Positions 35,106 to 48,788 of a DNA stretch of 64,000 nt are shown here, piece after piece. The notes beneath the pieces were generated by a model. The model had not been told where the DNA came from, did not search any database, and worked only from the letters and a program-made list of their open reading frames with translations. The stretch is from Selaginella moellendorffii (taxonomy: Eukaryota; Plantae; Lycopodiophyta), in assembly GCF_000143415.4 (NCBI RefSeq), contig NW_003314286.1:201766-265765 (forward strand). Reading direction: 5' to 3'. The stretch's first letter is position 1. The number at the start of each line of letters is the position of its first letter. The position numbers were made by a program, and so were the translations under genes.

Positions 35106-38100
35106 ATGAAGGAGCGTCGAGTGACAAATCGAGGCGCTCCGGCAGCTCCAGCTGCTGCTGCTGCTGCTGCTGCGTCCCGGCGGAGAAAGAAGCCGGCATT
35201 TGATCCATCCGGCGGCTTCTTCTCTGGCGTCCGCATTGGAGCTGTCGCAGCATTCGCGATTTTTGTTCTCACTGCGATCACTCTCGTCGTTCTTCTCTCT
35301 GCTCTCTATCCTCGCGAAACTCCGAGATCCATCACGCCGGTGGCGCTTCCAAAGATCATGGATTTGCCTCAGGTAGGCGTGAATTTCCACAGGTTTTTGC
35401 CTCAAATGTTTAGTTTCAATGAAGTTTCAAGGCGAGCACAAGGAGCGACTCTACTGGGGAACCTATAGACCGCATTTATATCTTGGAATTCGATCCAGGT
35501 AGAAAGTCCCAGCTCTAAGTTTGAGTGCTCTTCACGAGTAACTTATAACATACTAGAACACCAAAATCATTGTTAGCTGGACTCATGTGGCTTGGTATCA
35601 AGGATGGATACTACGCTCTTCGTCACACCTGTGAAGACTCTGATGGACTTAAACGTTATGGTTGGGTTCGACACGATGGGATCTCTTATGGTCGCCAGGT
35701 ATGCTGATAGTTATTGAGGCTTCTCTTGTTCTAACTATCTATTCAGGTGATTCTAGATCAAAATATGAATATCACCACTTTTTTCTCTAAGAGTTGGAAT
35801 GACGGAAGTGGCTATGGAGGTGATTGGTCTGTCCGCGTGAATCTTCATGACAGCAGGTTTTGGTTTTTTCTAAAGAAAACCAGTTCTCATGCAGAGACTC
35901 GTTGTTCTGCAGTGAAATAAGTCGACTTCCGAATGGAGAGTCGTCTCTTTACTTTTACATTGCGGAGGAGGAAGGCAGCCAAATAAGAATATCGAGAAAT
36001 GACGCATCTGGACTAGCTGCTTCGGGGCACAGACATGATATTGGACACTGGCAGATTCACATCAGTGCCGAGGTGGTCTTTTCTTTTCGTTTATATCATT
36101 CGTCTTTATGCTCTTCGCGCAGAACAATACTTTTTTTCATTACGCTGGGTTCCGGACGGGAAACATGCACAATATAACACAGCTTGTCCAAAATTCATTA
36201 ATCGTTCAGGTTTTTCGTCATTTTTTCTTTTTTCTTTTCCTCAAACACTCGCGCAGGAGCGTAAATTGCAACTACCTGATACTTATGAAAAATCTTCAAA
36301 TATAGTAGTTTTTCAGGTACGTAGTGTATGCATCCTCTATAAGTTCTCTGATTCCTCTATGATACTTTCAAGGTTTTAGGCCGCAACCATCTTCAGCTAG
36401 ATGTGACTTTTCTAGCTGGTGTCGACGAGAAAAAGTTCTCGGTACAGTCTCGTCTTGAGCGTTTATCTGGTGGGCAAACACTTTAATTTCTTCTCGCTAC
36501 CTGTTCTTATACTGAATTTTAAAGGGATTCGATTGGATGAAACGTTAAAAGTGCAAGAGCAAAGTTTTGATAAGCGTTTTGAGAACGCGTACAAGCTTGA
36601 TAACAAAGAGGTACTGGTAGTGATAAGAGCTGAATACACAATCTTATGCTTCCTTTACATAGCTTTCTAGCTTTGGTGCTACCAACGCAGTGGAAATTGG
36701 CAAGGCTGCCCTCAGTAATCTTTTGGGAGGAATCAGCTACTTCTATGGCCAGTCGCTTATTTCCATACCTTCAAAAGAGCAGGTACACGCTTCTTTCTCC
36801 ATGTTTTATTATCTAATACATCACATTTCAGAAACACCACCGAGAAAGTTTTTGGAAGTACTGGCCAGCTGCATTGTATAGCGCTGTTCCATGCCGCTCT
36901 TTCTTCCCTCGAGGTTTTTTGTGGGATGAAGGCTTTCATCAAATAATAATAAGGTACATTGATACAGCCCATGCAAGAAATAATCTTTTTTCTGAAAGCA
37001 GTAGATGGGACCGGAACCTGACATACGATATCGTTGGGCACTGGTTAGACTTACTTAACGTCGACGGCTGGATTCCAAGGGAGCAGATTCTAGGAGAAGA
37101 AGCCCGAGTGTACTCCCTGTTTTGAGACGTTTCAAAATGCTAACTCTTTACCTTGCAGAAGGGTTCCCGATGAGTATATTTTGCAGCACACGGATAACGC
37201 GAACCCTCCAACGTTGTTTCTACCCTTGCATGGTCTGAAAACTTGTTATCTCTATTGTGACTTCTTTCTCTGCCCTGCTGCAGATATTGCGTTAGCATCA
37301 CTAGAAAGTGGAAAAGAAAATAACGCTGAGAGGGCCTTCTTGGAAAAAACCTTCCCAAGGCTACAAGCTTGGTTTGGGTGGTTCAATAGAACGCAAGCAG
37401 GTCTGTGTATTGTAATTTTCATTTAAGCTGAAGCTTTTTGTTGCCAACAGGTACATTTCCTGGGACTTACTATTGGCATGGAAGAAGTATTACCGATAAG
37501 GAATTAAATGCCAAGGTAGGCACGTTTCATTCTGTGATTAACGCTCTAGACACCGGCTTCGTTAGAGTTTGTCGTCTGGTTTGGATGACTATCCACGAGC
37601 TTCACATCCAAGTGCTGATGAGCGACACGTTGATTTACGTTGCTGGATGGCCTTGGCAGCGAAATCTATGGTTATGATTGCCAAAATCATCGGGGCACCA
37701 CATGAAGTAAGGAAAAACTGGCACAGATGGCTCGCAGTAACGATTTACTTTTTCAGGAATACGAGGCTATGTCACAGGTTTTGTCAGACTTTGATGTTCT
37801 TAACCAGGTAAGTGTCGATCCGTCCTCATGACCGAACTCACTCTATTGTTCTTAGCTCCACTACGATCGCAAGAGAGGACGTTACTACGATTACGGCAAT
37901 CATACTGAAAAAGTATCACGATAACATCTCGATGATTTCAGCTCATTCTGTCCTCGACACAGGTGAAGCTGGAATGGGACAACTTCTTCGACCCAAGAAC
38001 CGGACAAGTACAGCAAGTTCTCCGCAGAGTCGTATCTGGACGTCCAAAGTTGCAGCTGGTTCCACAATTTGGCTACGTGAGCCTCTTCCCCTTCATAGTG

Positions 38101-38754
38101 AAACTTATTCCCGCGGTAAGCTCTTCGTCCATACTGCGTCATACAAGTACTAACGATTGGTTCTCAAAAGGACTCGCAAATCTTGGAAGCACACCTCAAC
38201 CTCATCCAGAGCGAAAAGCTCCTCTGGACGAGCTACGGGTTGCGCTCGTTAGCAACAACAAGGTAGCGATTTCTACGTTTTTGTTGGAACATTTCATCGA
38301 CTCTTTCTTCGTTTCCAGCTCTATTTATAACAGACGTAACACCGAGCATGACGCTCCTTACTGGAGAGGCCCTGTATGGATCAACATGAACTATCTCGTC
38401 CTTTCATCCCTTCACTACTACTCGCAAGGTAACGCGTGTGACTTTTGGCTGCAAGCGTTTATTCCATCCACTGTGTGTGTTTCTAGAGCCAGGCCCATAC
38501 AAAGACGCTGCTGCCTCTGTCTACAAACAGCTTCGTGCCAATCTGATAAGGTCGGCATCAAAAACAAAATGTGTTGGTTGAATGATTGATTGCTGTTGTT
38601 TGGGCACAGCAACGTTGCACGGCGCTACAACGAAGTGGGATACATCTTTGAGCAGTATGATCATACAAAAGAAGGCGAAGGTAAAGGAGCCAGGCCGTTT
38701 ACCGGTTGGAGCTCCTTGATACTACTGATCATGGCAGAGCAGTACCAACGCTAG
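35106..38754 (+). CDS. GCS1: Mannosyl-oligosaccharide glucosidase (alpha-glucosidase I, GH63)
   Basis: N-terminal [71 protein letters not shown]. About 20 short introns. Confidence 0.96.
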
Positions 38755-38871
38755 AACGAGGCGTCCACACTGCTCTCACAAGTTAGTATGTGGTAAAAAC
38801 GTTGGATACTAACCTACTTTAATCGGTCAATCCTCAAGTGTTTACCAGAGGAATTCTTCCCAGACAAGGCA

Positions 38872-40353
<1,482 letters not shown>

Positions 40354-40488
40354 CCCGGAACTAAAACCCCCCAAGTTAAAATCAAATTAAACCTCATCTT
40401 CGCGGTCCCAGCCGTTGGATCCTACCGACGGCCGCGATCGCTTCTAGGGGTTTTCCATTTTGCGAGGGAGATCCCATTTGTTACATCG

Positions 40489-40498
40489 ACGTGGCCCA
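40489..40498 (+). promoter_or_regulatory. ABRE-type ACGTGGC overlapping site-II GGCCCA in the divergent kinase/sHSP promoter
   Basis: Motif match only. Confidence 0.35.
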
Positions 40499-40753
40499 AA
40501 GGTCACGGCCAGGGTTCCTATTATTTCTCCCTCTCATTCCCAGCGCCGGGGGATCCAAGAACAGCGCTAGGGCTAGCAGTAGATCGATCGCGCCACGGCT
40601 CCTGGAAGAAATCGCGGCCTAGAATCACAGCAGCAGCACGGTGAGTTCTTCTCCTTCTTCCTCCTCCCCCTCTTCCGGGATTTCTTGGAGAATCACAGTA
40701 GATTTTCAAGGCCAGGGCCTCCCCAGCAAGGGCGCCCGGGACGAGCCGCCACA

Positions 40754-41062
40754 ATGCGGGTCTGTCTCGTAGAGCAAATGGCTAACAGTCAGGAAAGGAG
40801 TTGTGTAGCCAATCTGGAGAGTCCTAAGGGAAGAAGCAGCGACCGTGTGGGTCGTGCCAAGAAGCCGCCCTGGGATCGTGATGTTCACGCTCCTCGTCTC
40901 TTCTCAGACATTGAGAACTATAAAGGGAAGCCATCTTCGCCATCGCCAGTGAGGCGCCTGGAAAGATTGGTGCGTCGGGTCTCTTACTGCCCCAAATACC
41001 CCCAGCCAGATACACCACACTTACACACTTATGTGGTCATTCGGCACTTCGCTGATTCCTAA
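40754..41062 (+). CDS. 102-aa upstream ORF in the spliced leader of the sHSP gene (unknown peptide)
   Basis: GCCGCCACAATG start context. Lies between acceptor CAGTAG (40696-40701) and donor TAA|GTAAGC (41063). Confidence 0.55.
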   Translation: MRVCLVEQMANSQERSCVANLESPKGRSSDRVGRAKKPPWDRDVHAPRLFSDIENYKGKPSSPSPVRRLERLVRRVSYCPKYPQPDTPHLHTYVVIRHFADS

Positions 41063-41232
41063 GTAAGCTGGATTTTTCTTCACTTTCTTCTTCTTCTTCG
41101 TCTTCTTCCGTTTTGTTCTTCTTGTTCATTGCAACTGTTTGGTCTTTTTACAAGCTTTGTTTGTTTCCTTGTTTTGTTTTTCCTTTTATCATCTTCTTGT
41201 TTCTAATAGACTGTCGTTTCCAGGATTAAACC

Positions 41233-41696
41233 ATGACGAGCACTTGTGTAGATGTAAAGGAGCTTCCTAATTCTTACATCTTTGTGGCCGACGTCCCCGG
41301 CCTGAAGAACACGGACGTGAAGGTACGAGCGCTCTCATCCAAGTCATGCATAAAGTTTTAACACAAAACTCTCGCTCAATCACCCAACAAACAGAGGATG
41401 AGCGTGGGTGCTACTTGCAGGTACAAGTTGAGAACGATAGTATTCTAAAGATCAGTGGAGAACGGAAACGAGATGACAATCCCAACCATGACATAAAATA
41501 TGTTAGAGTTGAACGCTCGTCCGGCAAATTCATGCGAAAGTTTAACCTTCCGGCCAACGCCAATCTGGAAACCATCTCGGCTACTTGTCTCGACGGCCTT
41601 CTCACTGTTGTTGTGCCAAAGATCCCAGCGCCAGAGAGCCACAGGCCAAAGACTTTTGATATTGCAGTTGCCAACATCAACTTCGTCTACAAGTGA
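41233..41696 (+). CDS. Small heat-shock protein (HSP20/alpha-crystallin, class II-like) lacking the N-terminal arm
   Basis: MTSTCVDVKELPNSYIFVADVPGLKNTDVK|VQVENDSILKISGERKR..YVRVERSSGKFMRKFNLPANAN..DGLLTVVVPK. Intron 41323-41420. Confidence 0.93.
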
Positions 41697-42103
41697 TGAG
41701 CTCGCAATCGTTCTTGTTACTTGGCGGTGGTCGTGGAGGCAGAAGTTCTCTGGTCTTTTCATTTGCTTTTTTCTTTCCTCGGTGGATAGCTACTTGAGTA
41801 AGACTTTTAATTTGGCTTTGCATTGTGAGACTGACTTCTCTGTTTTAAACAAGGGAGAATTTGATCCATGGAACTTAAAACCAAAAGAATCAACGAGCGT
41901 CCTGTTTTGGATGTTCCGGGATGTTTCATCAGAGAACGAATAAGAACCTCAGAGGTTGTCAACAAATTGAGTGGAAAAGTCGAGCTTTATCGATGTAGCG
42001 CATGGTAGTGGTGGCGGTGGTGGTGGTCGCGCTGATCGATAGCTAAACCATGGTGGCCATGTTTTGGTGGGGGGGACTAGCGGTAACTTTCTTCGGTAAA
42101 GCA

Positions 42104-42110
42104 TATAAAA
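42104..42110 (+). promoter_or_regulatory. TATA box of PLD-alpha
   Basis: TATAAAA followed by two apparent 5'-UTR introns (~42165-42230, 42301-42351) before the ATG at 42354. Confidence 0.55.
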
Positions 42111-42353
42111 AGGGAGGCAGGAAGGGGGAAAGGTCTTCTCTGTGGGTCATTAAACACGTGTGAGGTACGTGTTGAGGACTGCAGCGATGTTACTGTTAGC
42201 GACCTTTCCGTGGCACATCTCTTCTTTCAGGTAGCAACATAGGGACCGAAGTTTGCTGCCGATCCAAGTTCGTCGACTACTGTGTGATCTCTCACATCTG
42301 GTGAGTGCTTCCTTTGCTTCGAAAGATCGTGGTGGGGCTTTGGGTTTCCAGGA

Positions 42354-45238
42354 ATGGCACAGATTTTGCTCCATGGAACACTTCACATCACGGTCTATGA
42401 GGCCGCATCATTGGTGAACGAGAATCGGGTCTCTGGAGCCTCTCCCAAGTTCATGAGAAAAGTAAGTCCTAGGCAGGAAGTTTTGTAGCTTGTTAGAAGA
42501 ACTTTACTCTTGGTACTCGATTCTTACTGCATTTCTAGTTGTAGTGGAAGTTTCTCAAGTTTGCTCACTCTATTTGTATTTTCTTTTTTTTCTAGATGGT
42601 CGAAGGAGTGGAGGACTCCATTGGTATTGGTAAAGGCGTGAGCTCTCTCTATGCAACTATCGACCTCGAGCGGCAGCGAGTGGGACGCACTCGCCTCATC
42701 CGCAAGGAGCCTACTAAGCCTGTGTGGAACGAGTCCTTTCACATCCAGTGCGCGCACAACATTGCCAACGTCGTTGTGAGCGTCAAAGATGACTTGGCCG
42801 TCAGCGCCTTCCTCCTCGGCCGAGCGAAAGTCCCCGTGAAGCGTATCATGTATGGTGAGCTTGTTGAAGGCTGGTTCGAGCTCTACAACGACAGCGGCAA
42901 AAAACTCGGCAACTCTCGAGTCCGCCTCCGTCTCCAGTTCTTCGACATTACCAGAGATCCTCGCTGGGGACGCGGCCTCGTCGATGGAACGAAGTTCCCT
43001 GGTGTTCCATTCACGTACTTCCCGCAACGCAAAGGCTGCAAGGTCACGCTCTACCAGGACGCTCATATGACTGACAACTTTCTTCCGAAGATCTATCTCC
43101 AGGGCAACGCTGTCCGGGAGCCGACTCGCTGCTGGGAGGACATGTACGAGGCCATCGCAAATGCTCAGCACTTTATCTACATCACCGGCTGGTCGGTCTA
43201 CGCGGAGATAGCGCTTATCCGAGACTCAGCCAGGCCCGTCCACGGCGGTCTCAACGTTAAGCTCGGGGACCTCCTCAAGAAGAAGGCTGACCAAGGCGTA
43301 AGAGTTTTGATGCTCGTCTGGGACGACCGGACGTCCATGTCGGTGGTGAAGATGGAGGGACTTATGGCGACTCACGACCAGGAAACTCTGAACTTCTTCT
43401 ACGGTTCCAAAGTCAAGTGCCTGCTCTGCCCGAGAACTCCCGACAGCGGCCTGAGCTACGTCAAAGGTTTCCAGATCGGGACTATGTTCACTCACCACCA
43501 GAAGACGATCATCGTCGACGCCCCGGGAAGAAGCCACCAGCAGCGGCGAGTCGTGAGCTTCGTTGGTGGACTGGATCTCTGCGACGGCCGCTACGACACG
43601 CAGTTTCACTCCTTGTTCCGGACACTCGGGACTGTTCACAAGGAGGACTTCCACCAGCCAAACTACGCGGGAGCTACCATCGACAAAGGTGGCCCGCGCG
43701 AGCCATGGCACGACATCCACTCCAAGCTCGAGGGGCCCGTGGCTTGGGACGTTCTCCGCAACTTTGAACAGCGGTGGCACAAGCAGGGTGACGGCAACCA
43801 GCACCTCGTCTCGCTCGGGAACCTGGAGCCGCAATCATCTCTAGTCGAGGACGAGCACGACGAGAACACCTGGAACGTCCAGCTCTTCCGCTCCATCGAC
43901 GGGGGAGCAGCGGCAGACTTTCCAGAGAGTCCGGAAGCAGCAGCAGCAGCGGGGCTCGTCAGTGGAAAAGACTCGACGATCGACCGCAGCATCCAGGACG
44001 CCTACATCCACGCCATCCGGCGAGCGAAGGACTACATCTACATCGAGAACCAGTACTTCCTCGGCAGCTCGTTTGCCTGGGAGTCGGACCACGACGCGGA
44101 GGCTCATCACGTAATTCCTCGCGAGCTGGCGCTCAAGATCGTGAGCAAGATCGAGGCTGGCGAGCGCTTCTCCGTCTACGTCGTGCTTCCGATGTGGCCC
44201 GAGGGAGTCCCCGAGAGCGGCCAGGTGCTGGCCATCCTCGACTGGCAGAAGAAGACGATGCAGATGATGTACAAGGCCATAGCTCAAGCTCTCGACGCAC
44301 AGGGGATCCGCGGCGTGTCCCCCCGCGACTACCTGGCCTTCTACTGCCTCGGCAACCGGGAACGCCGCCTCGGTGGAGAGTTTCTACCGCCGAGCACTCC
44401 CGACGCGAACTCGGCTGGCTACCGGAGCGCTCAGGAGAATCGCCGGTTTATGATCTACGTCCACTCCAAGATGATGATAGGTACTCTCTCTCTCTCATTC
44501 TTTGCTTTGATCGCATGGTTTTACTTCCTTTCCTCGATGCTTTTCTTCTTCCGGTTTGAGTTACTCTCACTGGCATTTCTTCCTTTCTTTTCTTCTTCCA
44601 GTTTTAGTTTACTCTCACCTACATTCTTTCCTTTGATCGCTCTTCCTCACTCTTTTGATCTCATGGTTTCCTTTCCTCGACGCTTTTCTTTACTTTACTC
44701 TCATTCACATTCTTTCCTTCGATCGCTTGGTTTGATTCCTTTCCTCTATGCTTTTCTCCTATCATACTGGTTTCGTGATATCTCACTGGAAAAAACTCGT
44801 TTTTTTCTCCTTGTAGTGGACGACGAGTACATAATCGTTGGATCCGCTAACATCAACCAGCGATCAATGGACGGGGGGCGCGACACGGAGATCGCCATGG
44901 GCGCGTACCAGCCGCTCCGTACGTGGCCCACGCGCGGCCAGATCCACGGCTTTCGTATGTCCCTGTGGTACGAACACATGGGCCAGCTGGACGACCTCTT
45001 CCTCCGCCCTTCCAGCCTGGAATGCATGCGCAAGGTCAATCGGACGGCCGACCAGCTCTGGCACATGTACGCCGCCGATGAGGTGGTGGATCTGCCCGGC
45101 CATCTCCTCGCCTATCCCGTCGGAATCGCCAGCGACGGTTCCGTGGCGGAATTGCCAGGGTGTGCCAAGTTCCTCGACACCGACGCTAAGATCCTGGGCG
45201 TGAAGTCCGACGTTCTGCCGCCAATCCTTACCACTTGA
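42354..45238 (+). CDS. PLDalpha: Phospholipase D alpha (C2 + two HKD)
   Basis: [42 protein letters not shown]|[27 protein letters not shown]. Introns ~42462-42595 and 44481-44816. Confidence 0.97.
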
Positions 45239-45374
45239 CGCAAACCATCATTCGCAATAATGCTTGTATCATATCAAACCTTTGTTCCAACTTTATAAGA
45301 ATTTGAGCCGTGGTCAGTAAAATAAGACTATTACAAATTTGACAGTGAAATTTTTTCTTTCTACACAATCACGA

Positions 45375-47892
45375 TCACGACTCGGCCATCACCTCGTCTC
45401 GTTGAGCCTTCTCGCTACTCTCCTGGCTTTTCTTCTCGCCATCAATCTCTCCCTCGGGCTTTGCTGCTGCTACGTCCGGCTTTGCTGCTGCCGGTGGCTC
45501 CTCCTCCTCTACTTCTTTCGCTGCCTCGGCTCCATCTTCCTTCTTCTCCTCCGCAGCTGGCTCCGCCGCGTCCACCATCTCGGTGTCTCCATCGCTCTTC
45601 TTGGTCCCCGCCTTGGCTTGGGACTTCTCCTCCTCGGCCTTGGCAGCCACTTTCTCTTTCTCGTCGGGCTTTGCCTTGTCCTTGTCGACCTCGTCGTCGG
45701 TGTCGGGGAGCTTTCTCAACTCCTCCCGTATCAGAGCCTTCGCCCGGGATTTCATGGTTCCGTCCGTGCAGTCGATGTTTAACCTTTCGCCTGTGACGTT
45801 AAACGGTGTCAGCATCTCTCTTTCAAAACCGTATGAAGCTAAACTAGATCGCTTACCAAGTTTCTTGATGATAACAGTGAAAGAAGCCTGCAGATCGCAA
45901 ACAAGAGAGAATGAACTGAGACGAGCCTTCTTAATAACCAGCACAGCCATACCTTCTTGAGGTCGAGAGTTTGGAGTAGCTCCTTGACATGAGTCCGAAT
46001 CTCCTCGTCCTTCGAATGGTTGGACTGAGCTTCATCGCCTCCCTCTGGAACCATCAATACAAATGGTTAGAAATGCAGCCAAGAAATACGCCCAGCGAAC
46101 CTTTGTCGATCGATTTCTCTTTGCCCTTCGTGGACTTCTTCGCTGACTTGGCCGGAGTCTTTTCCTTCTTCTTGGTTTTCTCCTTCTCGGTCTCCTTTTT
46201 CTTCCTGGTAAAAACTTTCGTATCCGTCTTCTGCTTCTTAGGTGGCGGCCTTTCGCCAGAGTCAGCTTCTGTATCGTCAGCGGACTCGCTCGCATCTCCT
46301 TCTTCATCTGACGTTTTCTTTTGCTCGATCTCGTCGTCGTCATCAGATTCCTCCTCGTCGTCCTCTTCCACCACCTGCTTTCTTTTTCTGCCGCTGCGTT
46401 TTGGTGGCTCGTCTGAGTCCTGCTTCTGCACATGATCATAAAGTGAGATTTATGCAAGTTGCCAGCACAAATACTACCTTAGGCCTTCCCGGGCTTTTCC
46501 CCTTGCGTTTCTTTTCAGCCTGGAAAAAATAATACAGTAAAATGCATCTGTGGCAAAGCTACTAATACCTGCTCTTTTTCTGTGTCTTCCAATTTTATAT
46601 CTGTTGTCGCGTGTGGAGCTGCTAGGAACTCGAAGACCTTCGCAACCAAGTCCTCCTACATTTGAAAGGTCATTAGTATCAGAAGCACAAGCTCGCTGCT
46701 ATCAACAAACCTTTTTCCCCTTCATATTTAAATCCAAGATATCTATAAGCTCGTTTAGCTCGTCCTTATGGCACTTTTCAAGCCGCTCCCTCGCTTTAAT
46801 CTGGTCCTTTTCCTGATTTATTTTGGCAGCAGCCAGTCAAAACCATCACGAGCACACTAAAATAATACCTTCTCTCCCCAACAATGGCCCGAAAACTGGA
46901 GAAGATTTTGCTTGACAGTAGCCGCCTGCGAGCAAAGACATCAGAAAAGAACAAACAATAAATGATGCGGTTACCTTAGACCGCTGAGCGAAGAAGACGT
47001 AGTGGAGAGTCTTCAATACAGGATCGTTCTTGTTAATTTTACTTAGTTTGTAAGCCACTGCATCACCGAAAAGCAAACTAGCGAGTAAGCACCAGGCGAC
47101 AGCGAAAGGAATAACGCAGATATACCATTCGGGATTTCTTTCAGAGGAGTGCCGCCTCCCTGCCAACGTGCTTCCGACTTAGTCACGCAGCCGAAAGAAA
47201 CACAAGCGATAAAGAAGATGTACCTTTCTGATATAAACGTCCTTCGACTTTGGCATATCCAGAGATCCTGCTCCAAACCTCTCAATCGATTTCTTCTCCC
47301 GTGAAGGCCTGTCAATCGGAGGCGAGAACTCGGCTTTCTTCCTGCCCCGCTTCGACTTGGGTGTTTCCTCGGACCCCTCACCTTTCTCAGGCTTCTCGGT
47401 CGGAGTCGAGGGTGTGGCCACTTCCTTTTCCTTGGCCTTGCTGCTATCTTTCCTGGGCCGTCCCCTCTTCTTTGGTTGCGGCTTGGACGCCTCAGCCTCG
47501 CCGTTCTCGGCATCCTCTTCGGCCTTTTCATCCTTCTCCTCAACACCTTCCATGGCCGTGGCATCACCACTCTCACCCTCTTTCTCCTTCTCTTTCTCCT
47601 TCTCATCTTCCTTCTCGTCGCTCTCGGCTTTCTTGTCCTCCTCCTCCTCGGCGGCCTTGGCCTTACTATCACCGTCCGCTCCTTCCTTCTCTTGGCCCGA
47701 CTTACCTGGAGCTTCTTCCGGTGGCGCCGGAGCGGCTTCTTGGGTCTGGACGCCCTGGATAGACTCCTCGCCCTTCACCTCCTCCTCGCTCTTCTTCTCC
47801 GTCAAATCTTTCGCTTCCTTGGCGGGCGCTAGATTCTCTTCGGCCGCCGCCGCCGCCGCCACGGGCGCAGCGTCGCCTTCCTCCGTCGCCAT
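45375..47892 (-). CDS. DEK: DEK-domain chromatin protein
   Basis: Acidic/Lys-rich N-terminus, DRPSREKKSIERF, GGGTPLKEIPN, AYKLSK..DPVLKTLHYVFF, SAP-like region, DEK-C EEIRTHVKELLQTLDLKK|ASFTVIIKKL..KALIREEL. Confidence 0.9.
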
Positions 47893-48344
47893 TCCTATCA
47901 ACACTAGCCCAACGGATTTCTTTCGAGCCCTAAAACAAAGAAGAAGAAGAAGAAGAACCCTAACCTCGAGAAACAAGGGCCACTACTACTTTTTTAGACG
48001 CGCATTTCCTTGTCCTCCTGCCACTGGGAGAAATCCAAGAACCCTAGCCCCGAACGAGAAAGAAGCGAGCTTTAGAGACGCCCTAGCCACTGGAGACGAT
48101 GCGGACTCCAAAGCTTTTGTTGGATCACGTTGAATGCGCCTTCCGGATCCCAGGCACTTATCCAATCCGACCCAAGGAATATATTCCCGCAAATTAAAAA
48201 AAGATGCCAACGGTGAGAAAACAAAATGGAAATTTAGGGCTCTTCCTCTTCCGCGCTAGACTGAAATTCACAAGAAAGCTCTGATCTATCGCATCCTCGC
48301 TGGGAGCTGGGCGCGCTACCCTAACACACTGATCCAGGGATGAT

Positions 48345-48788
48345 CTAATAAGCGTAGAACTCGACGAGCTCTTCCACCGCGCCAATTGAATTGCCATTGC
48401 CGCTGTCTAGCATCCACAGCAGGTGCTCAAACATGACGATCTCGCAGGGGACGAACAGCCCACAATCTCCGGCGTCTTGCTGCTCGGCGCTGGTGGAATT
48501 GGGCTTGGATTTGTCGAGCAGGGATCGAAAGAGGGGCATCTGGAGGTAGTGCTCGCCAAGAACATACCGCCGGCGCTCCTTGCCCACGTACACTACGAAC
48601 GTCCCCTCGTATGGGAGCTTGTGGCTGATCATCTGGTGGTCATGGGCTTGCTCATCGTCCAGGCTCGCGATGGATTTCTTGTTGCGCGCGAATCGTTGCC
48701 AGGTGCTCACGATCCTCCTGATCTTGTTGTGCTTGTGTATGGCCGACGAAGACGACGACGAAGAAGAGGAGCTGACAAGAGTGGACAT
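48345..48788 (-). CDS. SAUR: SAUR-like auxin-responsive protein
   Basis: EGTFVVYVGKERRRYVL..YLQMPLFRSLL..GLFVPCEIVMFEHLLWML..EELVEFY. Intronless. Confidence 0.9.
   Translation of the reverse strand: MSTLVSSSSSSSSSSAIHKHNKIRRIVSTWQRFARNKKSIASLDDEQAHDHQMISHKLPYEGTFVVYVGKERRRYVLGEHYLQMPLFRSLLDKSKPNSTSAEQQDAGDCGLFVPCEIVMFEHLLWMLDSGNGNSIGAVEELVEFYAY

Noticed and set aside
42596-45238. 880-aa PLD with a transmembrane insert as the main product
   Set aside because: The insert is a GT-AG intron whose removal restores HSKMMIVDD; kept only as a retention hypothesis.
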